Positions 29,899 through 39,640 of a DNA stretch of 45,287 nucleotides are shown here, in pieces. The notes beneath the pieces were generated by a model. That model had not been told where the DNA came from, did not search any database, and worked only from the letters and a program-made list of their open reading frames with translations. This stretch comes from Myxococcota bacterium (lineage in GTDB: Bacteria > Myxococcota > JACRCW01), in NCBI GenBank assembly GCA_040752415.1, contig JBFMGU010000063.1, positions 1 through 45,287 on the forward strand, given 5' to 3'. A program made the translations under genes and the position numbers. Within the stretch, counting starts at the first letter, position 1. Each line of letters starts with the position of its first letter.

Positions 29899-32055
29899 AT
29901 GTTGCGCAGGATCCCGTCCCCTGGTGTGTTGTTCATCGTCGGGCTGGCCGCTTGCACCGGGTCCTCCCCATCCGGCTCCGACGCCGATGCGGGACCAGGA
30001 ATCACGACGTCCTCGTCCTCGAGCTCATCGTCGGGGACCGTGACCTCTTCCAGCTCGGCGTCGGGTTCCTCCAGCTCCTCCGGGTCCGTGAGCTCGTCGT
30101 CCAGCAGCGCGTCGTCCTCCGCGGGCAGCTCGAGCAGCGGGACGACGTCCAGTACATCCAGCAGCAGCGGTGGCAGCACCAGCTCCGCAGCCACTTCGAG
30201 CAGCTCCACCTCGGCAACGTCCCTATCGACCTCGAGCAGCTCCGCCTCGGCTGCGACCACGTCAGCATCGACGTCGAGCAATTCCGCCTCGGGGGCGACG
30301 GGATCCACGTCCACGGCGAGCAGCTCCTCGTCGGGCGTGAGCACTTCCTCGGGGGTGTCGACCTCCTCCAGCGGCGGGAACCCGGACGCCGGGGTGGGGG
30401 ACGGCGGAGGTACCGGGGCGGATGCGGGCTACCAGGTTGACGCGGGCCAGGGAGACGGCGGCGCACCGGCCGCGCCCAACGTCGCAGCGGTGTTCGGATA
30501 TCCGTACACGTCGGTGGCGCCGTTCCAGCTCAACACGGACGCGCAGACCGCCTGCGAGGACGAAACGCCCAATGCCACGTCCCCGACCCTGCCGCCGCGT
30601 CCGGCGGAGTCCACCAATTGCGCGGGCAATCCCAACCTGTGCGGCCAGAGTGGGGCGCAGTCCTGCAGCGCCGAGCCCGCGGCGTCGACGTGGTTGCACC
30701 GCGTGACGGTCGACACGGACCGGTTCCCCAACGCGGTGTGCAATGACGGATCACCGGCGGTCTTCGAAGTGCGCGCGGGTTCCGGCGCGGGGACGGACCG
30801 CTGGGGAATCTGGTTCAAGGGTGGAGGCTCCTGTTACAGCCAGCACGAGTGCGCGCAGCGCTGGTGCGGCAACCAGGCCGGCGACAAGTACACCGCGGCG
30901 GTCATGAGCACGGATTGGAACGGCGACGGCCTCGTCGACCGCCCGCACTGCACGAACCCCGAGCCCGGTTCCATGTTCGACACGATGGCGGGGAATCCGT
31001 TCTCCACGGTCAACTCGGTGCTGATCTGGTACTGCAGCTCGGACACGTACGGCGGCCAGGCTGCGGACGTGCTGCTTGAGGACACCGCCGACGATGATGC
31101 CACCCCGCGCAACTTCACCATGCACTATCGGGGACACGAGATCGTGGTGGCGGTGGTTGCCATGCTGAAGGAAGGGGTCACTTCGGACGACGGCGTGGTC
31201 ACCCTGCCAAGCATCGATCTCGCCACCGACGTGCTGGTCAGCGGGTCGTCGGCGGGTGGGGTGGGCGCGCTCAAGAACATGGACTTCGTGCACCAGACGC
31301 TCCGCAACACGAACAGCACCGTGAACGTGAAGGGCCTGATCGACGCCGCCATGCCGCCGTCAGCGGAGGCCCTCGACGGGTACCCGGTCTACTTCGACGG
31401 CGCGCGCGACGAGCTGGCGACCCCGGGCGCGGTGTACTCGCAAGTGCGCATTGCCTACGAGAACGCCGACTGGACCACCGGCATGGCCGCCGCCATGAAC
31501 GCGTTTGACGACGAGACCTGCATGGCGGCCCACGGGGTGACCGACCCCGCGACATGCTCGATTCCACCCGCGCTGATCCTTGCGCCCGACGGGCCCTTCA
31601 TCGAGACGGAGCTGTTCCTCCGCATGGATCTCGGCGACCGCGTGATCGGCGGGCCGTTCCTGCCATGCGAGGACCCGATCACGGAGCTGGGGTGCTACAC
31701 CCCCAACCACAGCCGCCTCTCCAGCAGCGCCACCGGGCCGGGCGACTGGCTGGACATCTACGACGGCTCGGACCTGAACCGCACGACGCTGGTCGACATC
31801 CTGGCGGATGGGCGGGTGGTCACCGGCGTGTTCTCTCCTGCATGCGGAACACACACCGGCCTCACCAACAACAACTACACGCAGCAGACGGTGACCGACT
31901 TCGACGAGAGCACCGGCACCTTCGTGGGCCAGCCGCGCACGTTCGCGCAGACGCTGGTCGACTGGCTGGTCAACGGTGGGCCGATACGCGTGATCGACGC
32001 GTCGCAGTCCTCGCCGCTGGCACCGTCGTCGGTGTGCAACGGTGACCCGGGCTGA
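29899..32055 (+). CDS. Pectin acetylesterase/Notum-like serine hydrolase lipoprotein with long Ser-rich linker
   Basis: Lipobox LAAC, Ser/Thr/Gly linker, CNDGSP, FKGGGSC oxyanion motif, YCSSD, nucleophile GSSAGG, C-terminal C..H. Confidence 0.85.
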   Translation: MLRRIPSPGVLFIVGLAACTGSSPSGSDADAGPGITTSSSSSSSSGTVTSSSSASGSSSSSGSVSSSSSSASSSAGSSSSGTTSSTSSSSGGSTSSAATSSSSTSATSLSTSSSSASAATTSASTSSNSASGATGSTSTASSSSSGVSTSSGVSTSSSGGNPDAGVGDGGGTGADAGYQVDAGQGDGGAPAAPNVAAVFGYPYTSVAPFQLNTDAQTACEDETPNATSPTLPPRPAESTNCAGNPNLCGQSGAQSCSAEPAASTWLHRVTVDTDRFPNAVCNDGSPAVFEVRAGSGAGTDRWGIWFKGGGSCYSQHECAQRWCGNQAGDKYTAAVMSTDWNGDGLVDRPHCTNPEPGSMFDTMAGNPFSTVNSVLIWYCSSDTYGGQAADVLLEDTADDDATPRNFTMHYRGHEIVVAVVAMLKEGVTSDDGVVTLPSIDLATDVLVSGSSAGGVGALKNMDFVHQTLRNTNSTVNVKGLIDAAMPPSAEALDGYPVYFDGARDELATPGAVYSQVRIAYENADWTTGMAAAMNAFDDETCMAAHGVTDPATCSIPPALILAPDGPFIETELFLRMDLGDRVIGGPFLPCEDPITELGCYTPNHSRLSSSATGPGDWLDIYDGSDLNRTTLVDILADGRVVTGVFSPACGTHTGLTNNNYTQQTVTDFDESTGTFVGQPRTFAQTLVDWLVNGGPIRVIDASQSSPLAPSSVCNGDPG

Positions 32056-32309
32056 CCGGTAGCGTGGCGACGGGCAGTGGCCGGCGTCGCCGTGTCTGGC
32101 AAGGCACAAAGCGTAACGGAGCTCGGCGCGGCACGGATCTACCGAGTCGGCTCGACGGTCACGCTCAGCAACATCACGTACACGAACAGCGTGCAGGGGG
32201 GACGTGACCTGAACGCGTGACCTCGTCACCGCGCGGCTCGCGTGTGGGGCGTGACCAGGGGTGGACGGGCGCGGCCGGGAGGAGGCCAGCCGCGCCCGTT
32301 CCAGGTTGG

Positions 32310-35300
32310 TCAGCCGCGGGGACGGCGACGCAGGCCGGCCAGCAGGCCCAGCAGGAGCACGCCCATCCAACCGGGCACGGAAGGCGAGGGCGCGGCACAG
32401 GAGCAGCCGCCTTCGTCCGCGGGCGGTTGCTCGGTCACGCCGCCGTCCTCCTTGGGAACGGTCACGCCACCGCTGCTGCTGCTCTCCCCCGACGACGCGC
32501 CGCCCGAGGACGACGAGCTGCTCGCGCCGCCGGAGCTGCTGCTGGACGAGCTGCTGCTGGATGAGCTCCCCGGGCCGCCGGAGCTGCTGCTGGCCGCGCC
32601 GCTGCTGGACGAGCTGCTACCGCCCGTGCTGCTGCTCCCGCCAGTGGACGACGAGCTGCTGCCGGTCTCCCCGCCGGTGGAAGTCCCGCCGGTCGAGCTG
32701 CTGGTGCCGGAGCTGCCACCGGTCGAGGAGGACGTGCTGCCGCTGGTCTCTCCGCCAGAGCTGCTGCTGCCGGTGGAGGTGCCGCCCGTCGAGGACGAGC
32801 TGCTGCCGCCCGTGGAGGTGCCACCCGTGGACGAGGAGGCGCCGCTGGTGCTCCCACCCGACGAGCTGCTGCTGGAGGTGCCGGGGGTGTCGTCGCAGGC
32901 GTCGCCCACGGTGTCCAGGTCCGCATCCTCCTGACCCGCGTTGGGCACGGTCCGGCAGTTGTCCTCGTTGTCGTTCTTGCCGTCGTCGTCGCTATCCGTC
33001 TCCAGGAAGTCCGGCACAGTGTCGTTGTTGCTGTCGGCCGGAACGGTGCTGGGATCGTCGTCGCCGGCCTCCACGGAGTCTGGCACGCCATCGTCATCGG
33101 CATCCGGGTCGCGGAAGTCGGCCAGCTCGTCGGTGTCGGACGCGAGCGGGGAGGTTTCCAGGTCCGCGTCACCCGCCTCGTCGATGTCGCGGATGGTGTC
33201 GTTGTCCGAGTCGTCGTCGAGCGCGTCGATGAGGGTGTCGTCGTCGCTGTCGAGCGGGCTCTGGAGGTCGCCCCCCACCTCGTCCGCGTCGGAGATGTTG
33301 TCGCCGTCGGTATCCGCGCTGGTGGTGCTCAGACCCAGCGGCGCTTCCAGCGTGTCGGGCAGGCCATCTCCATCCTGGTCCCGCGCCTGGACCGACACCA
33401 CGATGTCGCGGGTGACCGCGTTGGTGCCGTCGGAGGCCGACAGCGTCAGCGAATGGTCACCCACGTCGGCATAGGCCACCGTCCACGAGAACGCGCCGGT
33501 GGTGGTGTCAAAGCTGGCACCCCCGGGGAGCGGAGCCGCGCCGTAGGTGAGCGCATCTCCATCACCGTCGGTGGCAGCAACCGTGAAGGACACGGTGTCA
33601 CCCTCGGTGGCCTGGATGGTCCCGGACGGCGTGGGCTCGGCGAAGACCGGCGCGTCGGGAACCGCGTTGATGGTGATGGACACCGTGTAGGCCGCGGACG
33701 AGTCGTCGCCGTCGGACACCACGTAGGTGAACGAATCACTGCCCGAGAACCCGGCCGCCGGCGTGTAGGTCAGGTCCGGCGCCGTGCCGCTCAGCGTGCC
33801 GTTGGACGCCGGGTTGAAGAAGTAGGTCAGCGGGTCGCCGTCGGGATCCACGCCCGCCAGCGTGATGTCCACGGTGCCGTCCTCATCAACCGTGACGTCG
33901 AGGTTGGCGCCGGTGGGCGGATCATCGGAGCCGGCCACGTTGAGGGTGACGGTGACCGCCGCGGAGGAATCCGTGCCATCGGACGCGCGGTAGGTGAATG
34001 AGTCGACGCCGAAGAAGTCGGCGTCCGGCGTGTAGGTGAAGGACCCGTCCGCCGCCAGGGCCAGCGTGCCCGAGGCGACGTCCGTCTCGAGCACCGCGCT
34101 CAGCGCGCTCTCGACGTCGGTGTCGTTGGCGAGGACGCCGTTGAGGGCGTCGACGCTGAGCGAGCCGTCCTCGTCCAGCGCGTAGCTGTCCGCGGCACCG
34201 ACGGGAACGTCATTCACGCTGTGGATGGTGAGCTGGACGGTGACGATGTTGGACTCCGCGGTGCCATCAGACGCGGCGTACGCGAAGCTGTCGGTCCCGT
34301 AGTAGTCCTGCGACGGCGTGTAGACGAGCTGGCCGTTGACGTCGAGAGTCAGCGCGCCGAACGTGGGGTCGCTCTTGATGACGGTGGCCAACGGATCCTG
34401 GTCCGCGTCGGTGTCGTTGGCGTGCAGGTCCAACGCCAGCGCCACGTCCTCATCGGTCTCGAGGGGGTCGTCGGCGGCCACCGGCGTGTCGTTCACACTG
34501 GCAACAGTGATCGTCGTGGTGGTGTCGAAGGAGTATTCTCCGTCGGACACGGTGAACGAAATCACGTCGTCGCCGTGGAGGTTGGCGTACGGCGTGTAGG
34601 TAAACGAGCCGTCCGCGTTCCAGAGGAGCTCACCGTAGGCGGGGCCCGCCGTGACATTCACGGTGAGCGTGGCCGGGTCGTCGTCCACGGTGAGGGAGAG
34701 CAGACCGGCGGCCGCATCCACCGAGAACGCGGTGTCCTCCAGGGTGTTGTAGCTGGGCCCCACGCCAACGGGCGCGTCGTTCACCGACGCCACGTTGATG
34801 GTGACGGTCACCGCCGCCGAGAGGAACTCGACGTCGGTGGCCTTGTACTGGAACGAGTCCGTGCCGTGGAAGTTGGCGTTGGGGGTGTAGGTGAACGAGC
34901 CGTCGTTGTTGCTGAAGTTCAACGTGCCGTTGGCCGGGCCGCTGTCCGCGACGAGCACCGCGGTGATCACGCTGTCGGGGTCGGTGTCATTGGCAAGCAC
35001 GCCGAGGGCGGCATCCACCGTCAGCGCCACGTCCTCGGTGGCGTCGTACACGTCGGCGTTCGCCACCGGCGGATCGTTGACCGGGGAAACGGTGATGGTG
35101 AAGGTGACCGGCGCGGAGCGGTCGACGCCGCCGTTGGCGGTGCCCCCGTCGTCGACGAGGGTGACGGTGGCGGTTGCCAAGCCGTAGGCATTGGGCGCCG
35201 GCGTGTAGGTCAGCGTCCCGTCGGGGGCGATGGCCGGCTGCGTCTCGAACAGCGCGTTGTTGTCGTTGGTGACATCGAACGTGACGGTCTGACCCGCTTC

Positions 35301-36299
35301 CGGTGCCGGGCCGGGGCTGATGTTCGTGGCCCAGGTGATCGAGACGGCCTCATCCTCATTGGCGGTCACGTCGCCGCCAGCCGTGAAGCTGGGCTCGTCA
35401 TTGACCGGCAGCATGTCCAGTGTCACCGAGGCCGCCCTGCTGACCTGACACTGGGGAGCGGGCACGCATGACCCGCTGTCCTGCACGCGGAAGTCGAACG
35501 TCTCGTCGACGTCGGAGTTGGCCGCCGGGATAAAGGTGACGGTGTTGCTGGGCAGGGTGTCCGGCAGGTCCGCTTCCGTGATGGTGGTGCCGTTGGAGTC
35601 CTGCAGCACGCCGTTGAGGGGCACTGAAACGATCACGTAGAAGAGCGACTGCGTAATGATCGGGTCGCCGTCGTTGCCCTGGAGCGTGATGGTCAGGCTG
35701 TTGTCCTCCAGCAACTGCTGCGATTGGCTGTACGCGTAGGGGGTGCCGTTGGTCGGCGACAGTTTGCTCTGCGGCTGGCTTGGGGAGACGAGGACGAAGT
35801 CGGCCGCGTTGTCCCCGGTCTCCTCGAGGCGCTTGTAGCTGCGGTTTTCGTTCTCGGTCAGCGGAGCGAGCGGGGGGCCTTCATTGAACTGGGACCCATC
35901 GCTCATGCCGACCGCGTCCTGCAGCACGCCCGTGTTGTCGAAGAGCGCGATGCCCCCGTCGTCGGTGATGCCGGCGGTGAAGGGTTGCTGGTCCGCCAAC
36001 ACGGACTCGCTGTAGGCGCTGTTGGCCGCCAGGAAGAAACCGTTGGCCTGGATGACGGTGCCCGCAGAGATCGTCATGCGGTCACCGACTGTAGCCGAGG
36101 AATTGGATGCCTTGATCTTCCAACCGCCGATGTTCACCGCGGTGTTGCCGACGTTGCACAGCTCGACGAACTCGTCGGCGGCACCGCTCGGGCCGCGCGT
36201 GCGGAATTCACAGATGAGCACCTGGGCCGAGGCATCGGGAACCACGCCGAGCACGCCGAGGATTCCAAGAGCAACACATCTCAGCCAACGCAGAGCCAT
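32310..36299 (-). CDS. Surface adhesin-like protein: lamin-tail domain, ~8 Ig-like (tandem-95/cadherin-like) repeats, Asp-rich TSP3-like repeats, Ser/Gly linker, MYXO-CTERM-like anchor
   Basis: Signal peptide; LICEFRTRG...DEFVELCN.G...VNIGGW; repeated VND.P.A..D.Y...ED / DGSFTYTP; D.D.DG..D repeats and DNC..VPN..Q.D.D.D.VGDACD; GGCSC + hydrophobic helix + RRRPRG; GGAGG RBS. Confidence 0.92.
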   Translation of the reverse strand: MALRWLRCVALGILGVLGVVPDASAQVLICEFRTRGPSGAADEFVELCNVGNTAVNIGGWKIKASNSSATVGDRMTISAGTVIQANGFFLAANSAYSESVLADQQPFTAGITDDGGIALFDNTGVLQDAVGMSDGSQFNEGPPLAPLTENENRSYKRLEETGDNAADFVLVSPSQPQSKLSPTNGTPYAYSQSQQLLEDNSLTITLQGNDGDPIITQSLFYVIVSVPLNGVLQDSNGTTITEADLPDTLPSNTVTFIPAANSDVDETFDFRVQDSGSCVPAPQCQVSRAASVTLDMLPVNDEPSFTAGGDVTANEDEAVSITWATNISPGPAPEAGQTVTFDVTNDNNALFETQPAIAPDGTLTYTPAPNAYGLATATVTLVDDGGTANGGVDRSAPVTFTITVSPVNDPPVANADVYDATEDVALTVDAALGVLANDTDPDSVITAVLVADSGPANGTLNFSNNDGSFTYTPNANFHGTDSFQYKATDVEFLSAAVTVTINVASVNDAPVGVGPSYNTLEDTAFSVDAAAGLLSLTVDDDPATLTVNVTAGPAYGELLWNADGSFTYTPYANLHGDDVISFTVSDGEYSFDTTTTITVASVNDTPVAADDPLETDEDVALALDLHANDTDADQDPLATVIKSDPTFGALTLDVNGQLVYTPSQDYYGTDSFAYAASDGTAESNIVTVQLTIHSVNDVPVGAADSYALDEDGSLSVDALNGVLANDTDVESALSAVLETDVASGTLALAADGSFTYTPDADFFGVDSFTYRASDGTDSSAAVTVTLNVAGSDDPPTGANLDVTVDEDGTVDITLAGVDPDGDPLTYFFNPASNGTLSGTAPDLTYTPAAGFSGSDSFTYVVSDGDDSSAAYTVSITINAVPDAPVFAEPTPSGTIQATEGDTVSFTVAATDGDGDALTYGAAPLPGGASFDTTTGAFSWTVAYADVGDHSLTLSASDGTNAVTRDIVVSVQARDQDGDGLPDTLEAPLGLSTTSADTDGDNISDADEVGGDLQSPLDSDDDTLIDALDDDSDNDTIRDIDEAGDADLETSPLASDTDELADFRDPDADDDGVPDSVEAGDDDPSTVPADSNNDTVPDFLETDSDDDGKNDNEDNCRTVPNAGQEDADLDTVGDACDDTPGTSSSSSSGGSTSGASSSTGGTSTGGSSSSSTGGTSTGSSSSGGETSGSTSSSTGGSSGTSSSTGGTSTGGETGSSSSSTGGSSSTGGSSSSSSGAASSSSGGPGSSSSSSSSSSSSGGASSSSSSGGASSGESSSSGGVTVPKEDGGVTEQPPADEGGCSCAAPSPSVPGWMGVLLLGLLAGLRRRPRG

Positions 36300-36666
36300 G
36301 ACATTCCTCCTGATGTGGACGGGTTACACCTCAGGGCTATCACCCGCCCGGGTGCATCTCAAAGTCCGGAATGGCGCGCGCACCGTCATCATGCCGCGGA
36401 CAACTTCATGTCGGATTCGGTCCTTCATTTCCGCTGTCGTGCTCGCCGCTTTGAGCTCACCGCAACCTGCGTGACGACGGAAACGCGACCTCCGCGCCGG
36501 CCCCCAGGCGACCAGCTCCAGCCCAGGCTCCAGAACCGCGTCCACTCGCAACGTGGTGTGCATCGCGCTCGCCAAGTGCGGCTCTTCTGGTGCAGGGTCC
36601 ACGCGAATCCAACGAGCGTTGCGAGTGCATTACAACCTCGGCGCGTGCCAGCGACACGTTGGTGCC

Positions 36667-36845
36667 GGTCGTCCCGTCGGGATGGCGAGCCGCGCCCACC
36701 ATCGTCGTGCACCCAGCAACGGACGCTGAAGGTCGCGACCAGCGTTCCGTCGTGACAGCGTCCCGCGCCATGGAATCACCGTCGCGTGTACTCAATCCCT
36801 GTGGTCCGTTGCCATGGACCGGCTTCTGGCCGGCGAGAGGATGTG
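36667..36845 (+). repeat. Left, degenerate copy of a ~180 bp direct repeat (dead 5' end of the LysM gene)
   Basis: GGTCGTCCCGTCG...GCAACGGAC...GCGACCAGC.TTCCGTCGTGACAGCGTC...ATGGAATCACCGTCGCG...TCAATCCCTGTGGTCC.TTGCCA.GGACCGGCT matches 41919-42102; 1-nt deletion just after the ATG. Confidence 0.88.
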
Positions 36846-37002
36846 ATTCAATGCTCAGCTGCGGCGTCGGCGCGCGCCTTGGATGCCGGTGAGGCGCGCT
36901 CCCGGGCCGGAGCCGCAACAACGTCGCGTGACCAAGTCGCACTAACCTAATCTAATCAAATTGGCGACCAGATTCACCACAGCCTACGTCACGACGGGGC
37001 GC

Positions 37003-37380
37003 ATGCCGAAGCACTCCGCGGGTATGCTCGTTGTCAGCTCCCAGACCGACTTCGTGGCACAGACGCCTGCCTCGGACGGCGTGCCGCGCGCTCCACTCTC
37101 AGCCCGCGACATGCTCCGTGACGTTGCACAAGGGAGGTTGGATGTTGTCGTCACCTCGTCCGTGACCCCGGTAGGGCAGGGAGTGATGATCCTGCCAGCA
37201 GCTGCCAGCACATGCGTTCCGACGTGGAGCTGGAGGAGGTGCCGGCGATCTGCGTCAGCACGCTGGACGCAGTCACGCTGCACGCGCGTTGGCCGACGAG
37301 GCAGGCGCCACCGACTTCCGTCCCAAGCCGGTGGCCACGGCCGACCTGCTCGGCCTGGTGGGCCACTACCTGCCTCTGAC
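37003..37380 (+). pseudogene. Degenerate response-regulator receiver remnant
   Basis: Pieces in three frames: MLVVSS...QGRLDVVVT; CQHMRSDVELEEVPAICVS; ADEAGATDFRPKPVATADLLGLV. Receiver-like order with two frameshifts. Confidence 0.55.
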
Positions 37381-37501
37381 CCACCACAAGCCCGCCAAGG
37401 AGGTGGAAGGCGTGGCGTGACAGAGGGGCTGACGAGGCGTCATGGCGCGTCGGCCCTGTGAGAGGATGCCGCGGGGGAGCCTTCCAGGACGCCGCGCGAT
37501 G

Positions 37502-39631
37502 TCAGTGGCAGGTGGCCGAGAGGGGCTGGAAGCTACCGTCGTACGCAGCGACGCAGGTCGTTCCAACGGCGCCCGTGACTCCGCCCGCGACCTGGCTCAT
37601 CGCGACCCGGATCGTGGCTCCGGTAACACCCACGAACGCGGGATCCCCAAAGACAGAGGAATCGCGCAGATCGATGGCAGATCCGCTGTCGTCACAACGA
37701 ATGCCATTGTTGGAGCCCGCACTCGCACCAAGCACCTCGACATCGACGTCAACAAGAGTCAACGTTGCGTCTCCGACGGCCGTAGCGACAAACACGCCAT
37801 CAGCAGGACCGCCGATCCCGCCGAGAACCTCGACGGCACCGGAAGCCAAGTTCCCCCACCCGCCCGCGACCATCAACCCGTACTGGCCAGCAACTTTGAA
37901 GTGAAAATCAGTCACGTCAAAGGCCGAATTCACGAGTTGCCCGGCAAAACCACCGTAGCCAGATCCATCCACGTCCACCCAGATCTCCGTCGCCACCACT
38001 GCACCATCGACGACGATGAAACCGTTCGGGCTACCGATGCCCAACCCGGAAGCGCGCACCTGCACGTCACGAATATCGCCCTCAGCCTTTCTTACGGCGA
38101 ATCCGATAGGAACGGCGCCGCCATCAAGGGATGCAACAAGCCCGTCGATAGAGAGGAGTGGTCGGCTCTCTCCAACGCCGATTGCGGCCACCGCCGTCGC
38201 ATCACCACTTGGGGCAAACACACGTACCTCCACGTTGATCAACCGCGGCGCAGCGGAACCCCCGACGCGAATACCGTAGGTGGCGGGGTCGTCAACACCA
38301 TTGTCCATGTCCACCTCAACGGCGACAGCGCGAATGACGGGTGAACCATCCTCGATCAGGATTCCCGTCGCGTAGTAGTGGTCAGGCTCAGTCTCGGTGC
38401 ACCGGACGCGAAGTGATCGCAACTCCATTGCATCCGCAGCGTGAATGACAGCGTGGGAATAGTCGCCGGTGCCAACCCCGGCGATCACGGTGACACTTGC
38501 CCCTGAGCCCTCCACGTCAACATACGGCTTCATCACGAGCGCCGCTACGCCGAGGTCATAAACGCCAGGCTCGATCTTGACCAAATACCGGTTCGATTCC
38601 CTGGCGTCATCGATGGCAGCGACGGCATTCAAGAGCGCCGCGCCGCTGGCGAGCGCATCACCGGGGACAGGCGCAACCGTGACAATCCGCGCAAATGTCG
38701 TGGCATCGTCGTCACATACGACCGAGCCGTCTGAACCGAAGCCTCGAAGGTAGTCGCCCGTTGCGCAACCGGCGGTCACGCGCGGATGGACCACGCTTGG
38801 ATCAAGTTGCACCTCCGTTGTGGTCCCTGTCAGTGCGCCAGAAACGCCCGCACCGGACCCAATCAAGGTGACCGCCGGATGCTCGACCGCTTCACACGCG
38901 ACGCCGCCACCTTCATCAACACGGCTGATTGCCTGCCCCGCGGCGCACTGTCCCGAGACCCGTAGCTGAACCTGTGCCGGGTCGACGCTGATGGTCACAT
39001 CGCCACCGGCCCTACCGCCCGAAAGGCCCTCCCCAACCGCCACGCTGGAAACGTCCGCGGCAGCAAGGCACGCCGCGTCACCGCCAAGCCCATCAATGCT
39101 GCTGAGGAAGCTCCCGGGAGGACACGGCAATGGCAGGTCCGTAACGCCGCGCCATTGCACCGGGGCGGTCGCGGAATCTGCGTCTGCCAGCTCACTCTTC
39201 AACGTCCATTCAGGCATCGAGCGCCCACCCAGGCTGGTTGTGTTGCGAGACGTTGCCGCCGCGGCGCAATAGAGGCCGTATGGTGTCGCAAGGAGGTTGC
39301 TCTGTGGCAGGATTGCGCCGTCTACGATCAGCTCGACGGTGACAGCCGAACTCTCACCCAGAGCCAGCGTCAGCGTCTCATTCGCGGGGATCTCCAGGCT
39401 GAACACGCCACTGCGGACCGCAACGTTGGTGACGTTCTCGTCCTCAATCACCGCGCCGTCAGCAACAAGTCGCACCCGGAAGTCAAACGACCCATCCCGC
39501 GGCTGACCATCCGCGCCGCGGAGAACCCCTTGGAGGCCGACACGACCCGGCGGGGCAGACCATGCTGAGCCAGGTGCAACGGCGCCGACCATCAGGGCGG
39601 CCAAGGCACATGATGCGCGAACACGCGGCAT
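37502..39631 (-). CDS. Secreted fibre/adhesin-like protein with 'V.AG.GL.GG...Q.RV...C..G' repeats and C-terminal beta-helix
   Basis: Signal peptide; N-terminal ..QG.LR..DG.P..G.F.F..RL...G.FSL domain; Cys-containing repeats; YLVKIEPGVYDLG...MKPYVDVEGSG beta-helix start. More A/T-ending codons than flanking genes. Confidence 0.8.
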   Translation of the reverse strand: MPRVRASCALAALMVGAVAPGSAWSAPPGRVGLQGVLRGADGQPRDGSFDFRVRLVADGAVIEDENVTNVAVRSGVFSLEIPANETLTLALGESSAVTVELIVDGAILPQSNLLATPYGLYCAAAATSRNTTSLGGRSMPEWTLKSELADADSATAPVQWRGVTDLPLPCPPGSFLSSIDGLGGDAACLAAADVSSVAVGEGLSGGRAGGDVTISVDPAQVQLRVSGQCAAGQAISRVDEGGGVACEAVEHPAVTLIGSGAGVSGALTGTTTEVQLDPSVVHPRVTAGCATGDYLRGFGSDGSVVCDDDATTFARIVTVAPVPGDALASGAALLNAVAAIDDARESNRYLVKIEPGVYDLGVAALVMKPYVDVEGSGASVTVIAGVGTGDYSHAVIHAADAMELRSLRVRCTETEPDHYYATGILIEDGSPVIRAVAVEVDMDNGVDDPATYGIRVGGSAAPRLINVEVRVFAPSGDATAVAAIGVGESRPLLSIDGLVASLDGGAVPIGFAVRKAEGDIRDVQVRASGLGIGSPNGFIVVDGAVVATEIWVDVDGSGYGGFAGQLVNSAFDVTDFHFKVAGQYGLMVAGGWGNLASGAVEVLGGIGGPADGVFVATAVGDATLTLVDVDVEVLGASAGSNNGIRCDDSGSAIDLRDSSVFGDPAFVGVTGATIRVAMSQVAGGVTGAVGTTCVAAYDGSFQPLSATCH

Positions 39632-39640
39632 GCTTCTCCC

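Noticed and set aside
32470..32885. GAGCTGCTGCTG-type repeats as a CRISPR array or satellite (also 14400-14670, 26930-27120, 30010-30375)
   Set aside because: They encode Ser/Gly linkers within CDSs; no constant repeat-spacer period and no cas genes.
36630..36651. Sigma54 promoter (CTGGCACG on the - strand) for the adhesin
   Set aside because: No GC at the -12 position with correct spacing.
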